DNA of 18,954 nucleotides, from contig JBHGNT010000624.1 in the NCBI GenBank assembly GCA_043228905.1, forward strand, positions 1 through 18,954, in the 5' to 3' direction. A program made the position numbers and the translations under genes. Origin of the DNA: Azolla caroliniana. Taxonomy: Eukaryota > Plantae > Polypodiophyta. Positions 17,564 to 18,954 of the stretch are shown here, piece by piece (the stretch's first letter is position 1; each line of letters begins with the position of its first letter). The notes below the pieces were generated by a model. That model was given only the letters and a program-made list of their open reading frames with translations. It did not search any database and was not told the origin of the DNA.

Positions 17564-18643
17564 CTGAAAAAATTCATTGGTTACATGTTGGTGAATATTA
17601 GAAAGGTTATTGTTTAACATTTTGTAGCTTATTCTCTCTATGTTGTTTTAGCTCTAAGATATATCTACCTAGTTTCTTATTTTTGAAAGATAGTGTAGCC
17701 TAAACCAATCCACATCTAACACCATCACACTTTCTCTCAATGATCCACTTATAGCTGAGTTTTTACCAAGTGATTGTAAAAGGTTAATGTTTTTAGAATA
17801 TTAGGCCAATATCCAACAACCAAACTCGTTACAAAAACCACTTGAGAGCCCTACACCTAGTTTCTTATTTTTGAAAGATAGTGTAGCCTAAACCAATCCA
17901 CATCTAACAGCATCACACTTTCTCTCAATGATCCACTTATAGCTGAGTTTTTACCAAGTGATTGTAAAAGGTTAATGTTTTTAGAATATTAGGCCAAGAT
18001 CCAACAACCAAACTCGTTACAAAAACCACTTGAGAGCCCTACCCTACAAATAAAGCTTTTCTCATGTTGCTACTCAACCTTAGCCTTATATGAACTGGCA
18101 CTCTTATTATATATTGTTGATCAATTTTCTTGTGCGATCAAGTATCCCTCAACCTAGAAAGTGATGGTTTTTTGCTTCAACAAGGGAGAGGTTGAGTGGT
18201 GCAAGTGTGTCCACATTCATCGTCTCGCCTTGTCCCTGAAAAAATTCATTGGTTACATGTTGGTGAATATGATAAAGGTTATGGTTTAACATTTTGTAGT
18301 TTATTCTCTCTATGTTGTTTTAGCTCTAAGATATATCTACCTAGTTTCTTATTTTTGAAAGATAGTGTAGCCTAAACTAATCAACATCTAACACCGTCTC
18401 ATTTGCTCTCAATGATCCACTTATAGCTGAGTTGTTACCAAGTGATTGTAAAAGGCTAATGTTTTTAGAATATTAGGCCAAGATCCAACAACCAAACTCG
18501 TTACAAAAACCACTTCAGAGCCCTACCTTACAAATAAAGCTTTTCTCATGGGGTTGCCACTCGACCTTAGCCTTATATGAGTTGGCACTCTTATTTTATA
18601 TTGTGTGGATAAAGTATCCCTCAACCTAGAAAGTGATGGTTTT
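17493..18643. repeat. ~480 bp tandem duplication (17493-18164 / 18165-18636) with nested 188-bp tandem duplication (17667-17854 / 17855-18042)
   Basis: Directly visible repeats. The 188-bp copies differ at 2 positions by my count, while the larger copies are more diverged. A further partial copy lies at about 18891-18954. Confidence 0.9.
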
Positions 18644-18954
18644 CTTGTACCTATATGTGCCTCTATTGAGGGATATCACTTTCTCCTCCTTAGATTAAAA
18701 CCTTTCAAATGAGTTGGTTGTAGCTTAGTTGCTAAGGTGGTTTGGCATAGCAAAAGGACATTCATTTGAACCCTACATTCCACATTGACATCTAGTAAAA
18801 ATATCAAAAAATATATGCTTCAACAAAAGAGGTGCAAAAGTCAAGCTTTGACACCAATGCCTTGTGTTGGTAGTCTAATAGCTTAGCACTATTTTCTTGT
18901 GTGGATCAGGTATCCCTCAACCTAGAAAGTGATGGTTTTCTTGTACCTATATGT

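Noticed and set aside
18711-18812. Second tRNA-derived SINE (TAGCTTAGTTG ... ATTTGAACCC)
   Set aside because: The B-box is degenerate and the same ATTTGAACCCT word occurs near 17456 in the local repeat family, so it is better explained as a diverged local duplicate or chance.

Overview
Eukaryotic, land-plant-type genomic DNA: AT-rich host sequence with GT-AG introns. The left 5.8 kb holds two convergent multi-exon genes. On + are the last four exons of a SHIPPO/PGP-repeat (ODF3/STPG-like) axonemal protein gene (1-1466), which suggests a plant with flagellated sperm. On - is a complete 7-exon, 442-aa chloroplast J-domain + 4Fe-4S ferredoxin co-chaperone gene (DJC82/DJC76/CDJ family; 5756-2238) with an extra C-terminal domain. 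The middle is a nested pair of Ty1/copia LTR retrotransposons. A structurally complete, very young Tnt1/Tork-like element (+, 7041-12431; near-identical LTRs, TGAAC TSD, tRNA-iMet PBS, 1357-aa polyprotein) sits in the RNase H region of a defective copia element (-, 6354-15876). The outer element has a frameshift and a deletion that removes U5, PBS and most of gag. The right 3 kb is AT-rich, with nested tandem duplications and an unidentified candidate terminal exon. I see no clearly new biological system. The best leads are the extended J-ferredoxin protein, the plant SHIPPO gene, the LTR pointing into the J-protein promoter, and the sequence signatures of the two retroelements. All analysis was by eye, and family assignments from memory are flagged as such.
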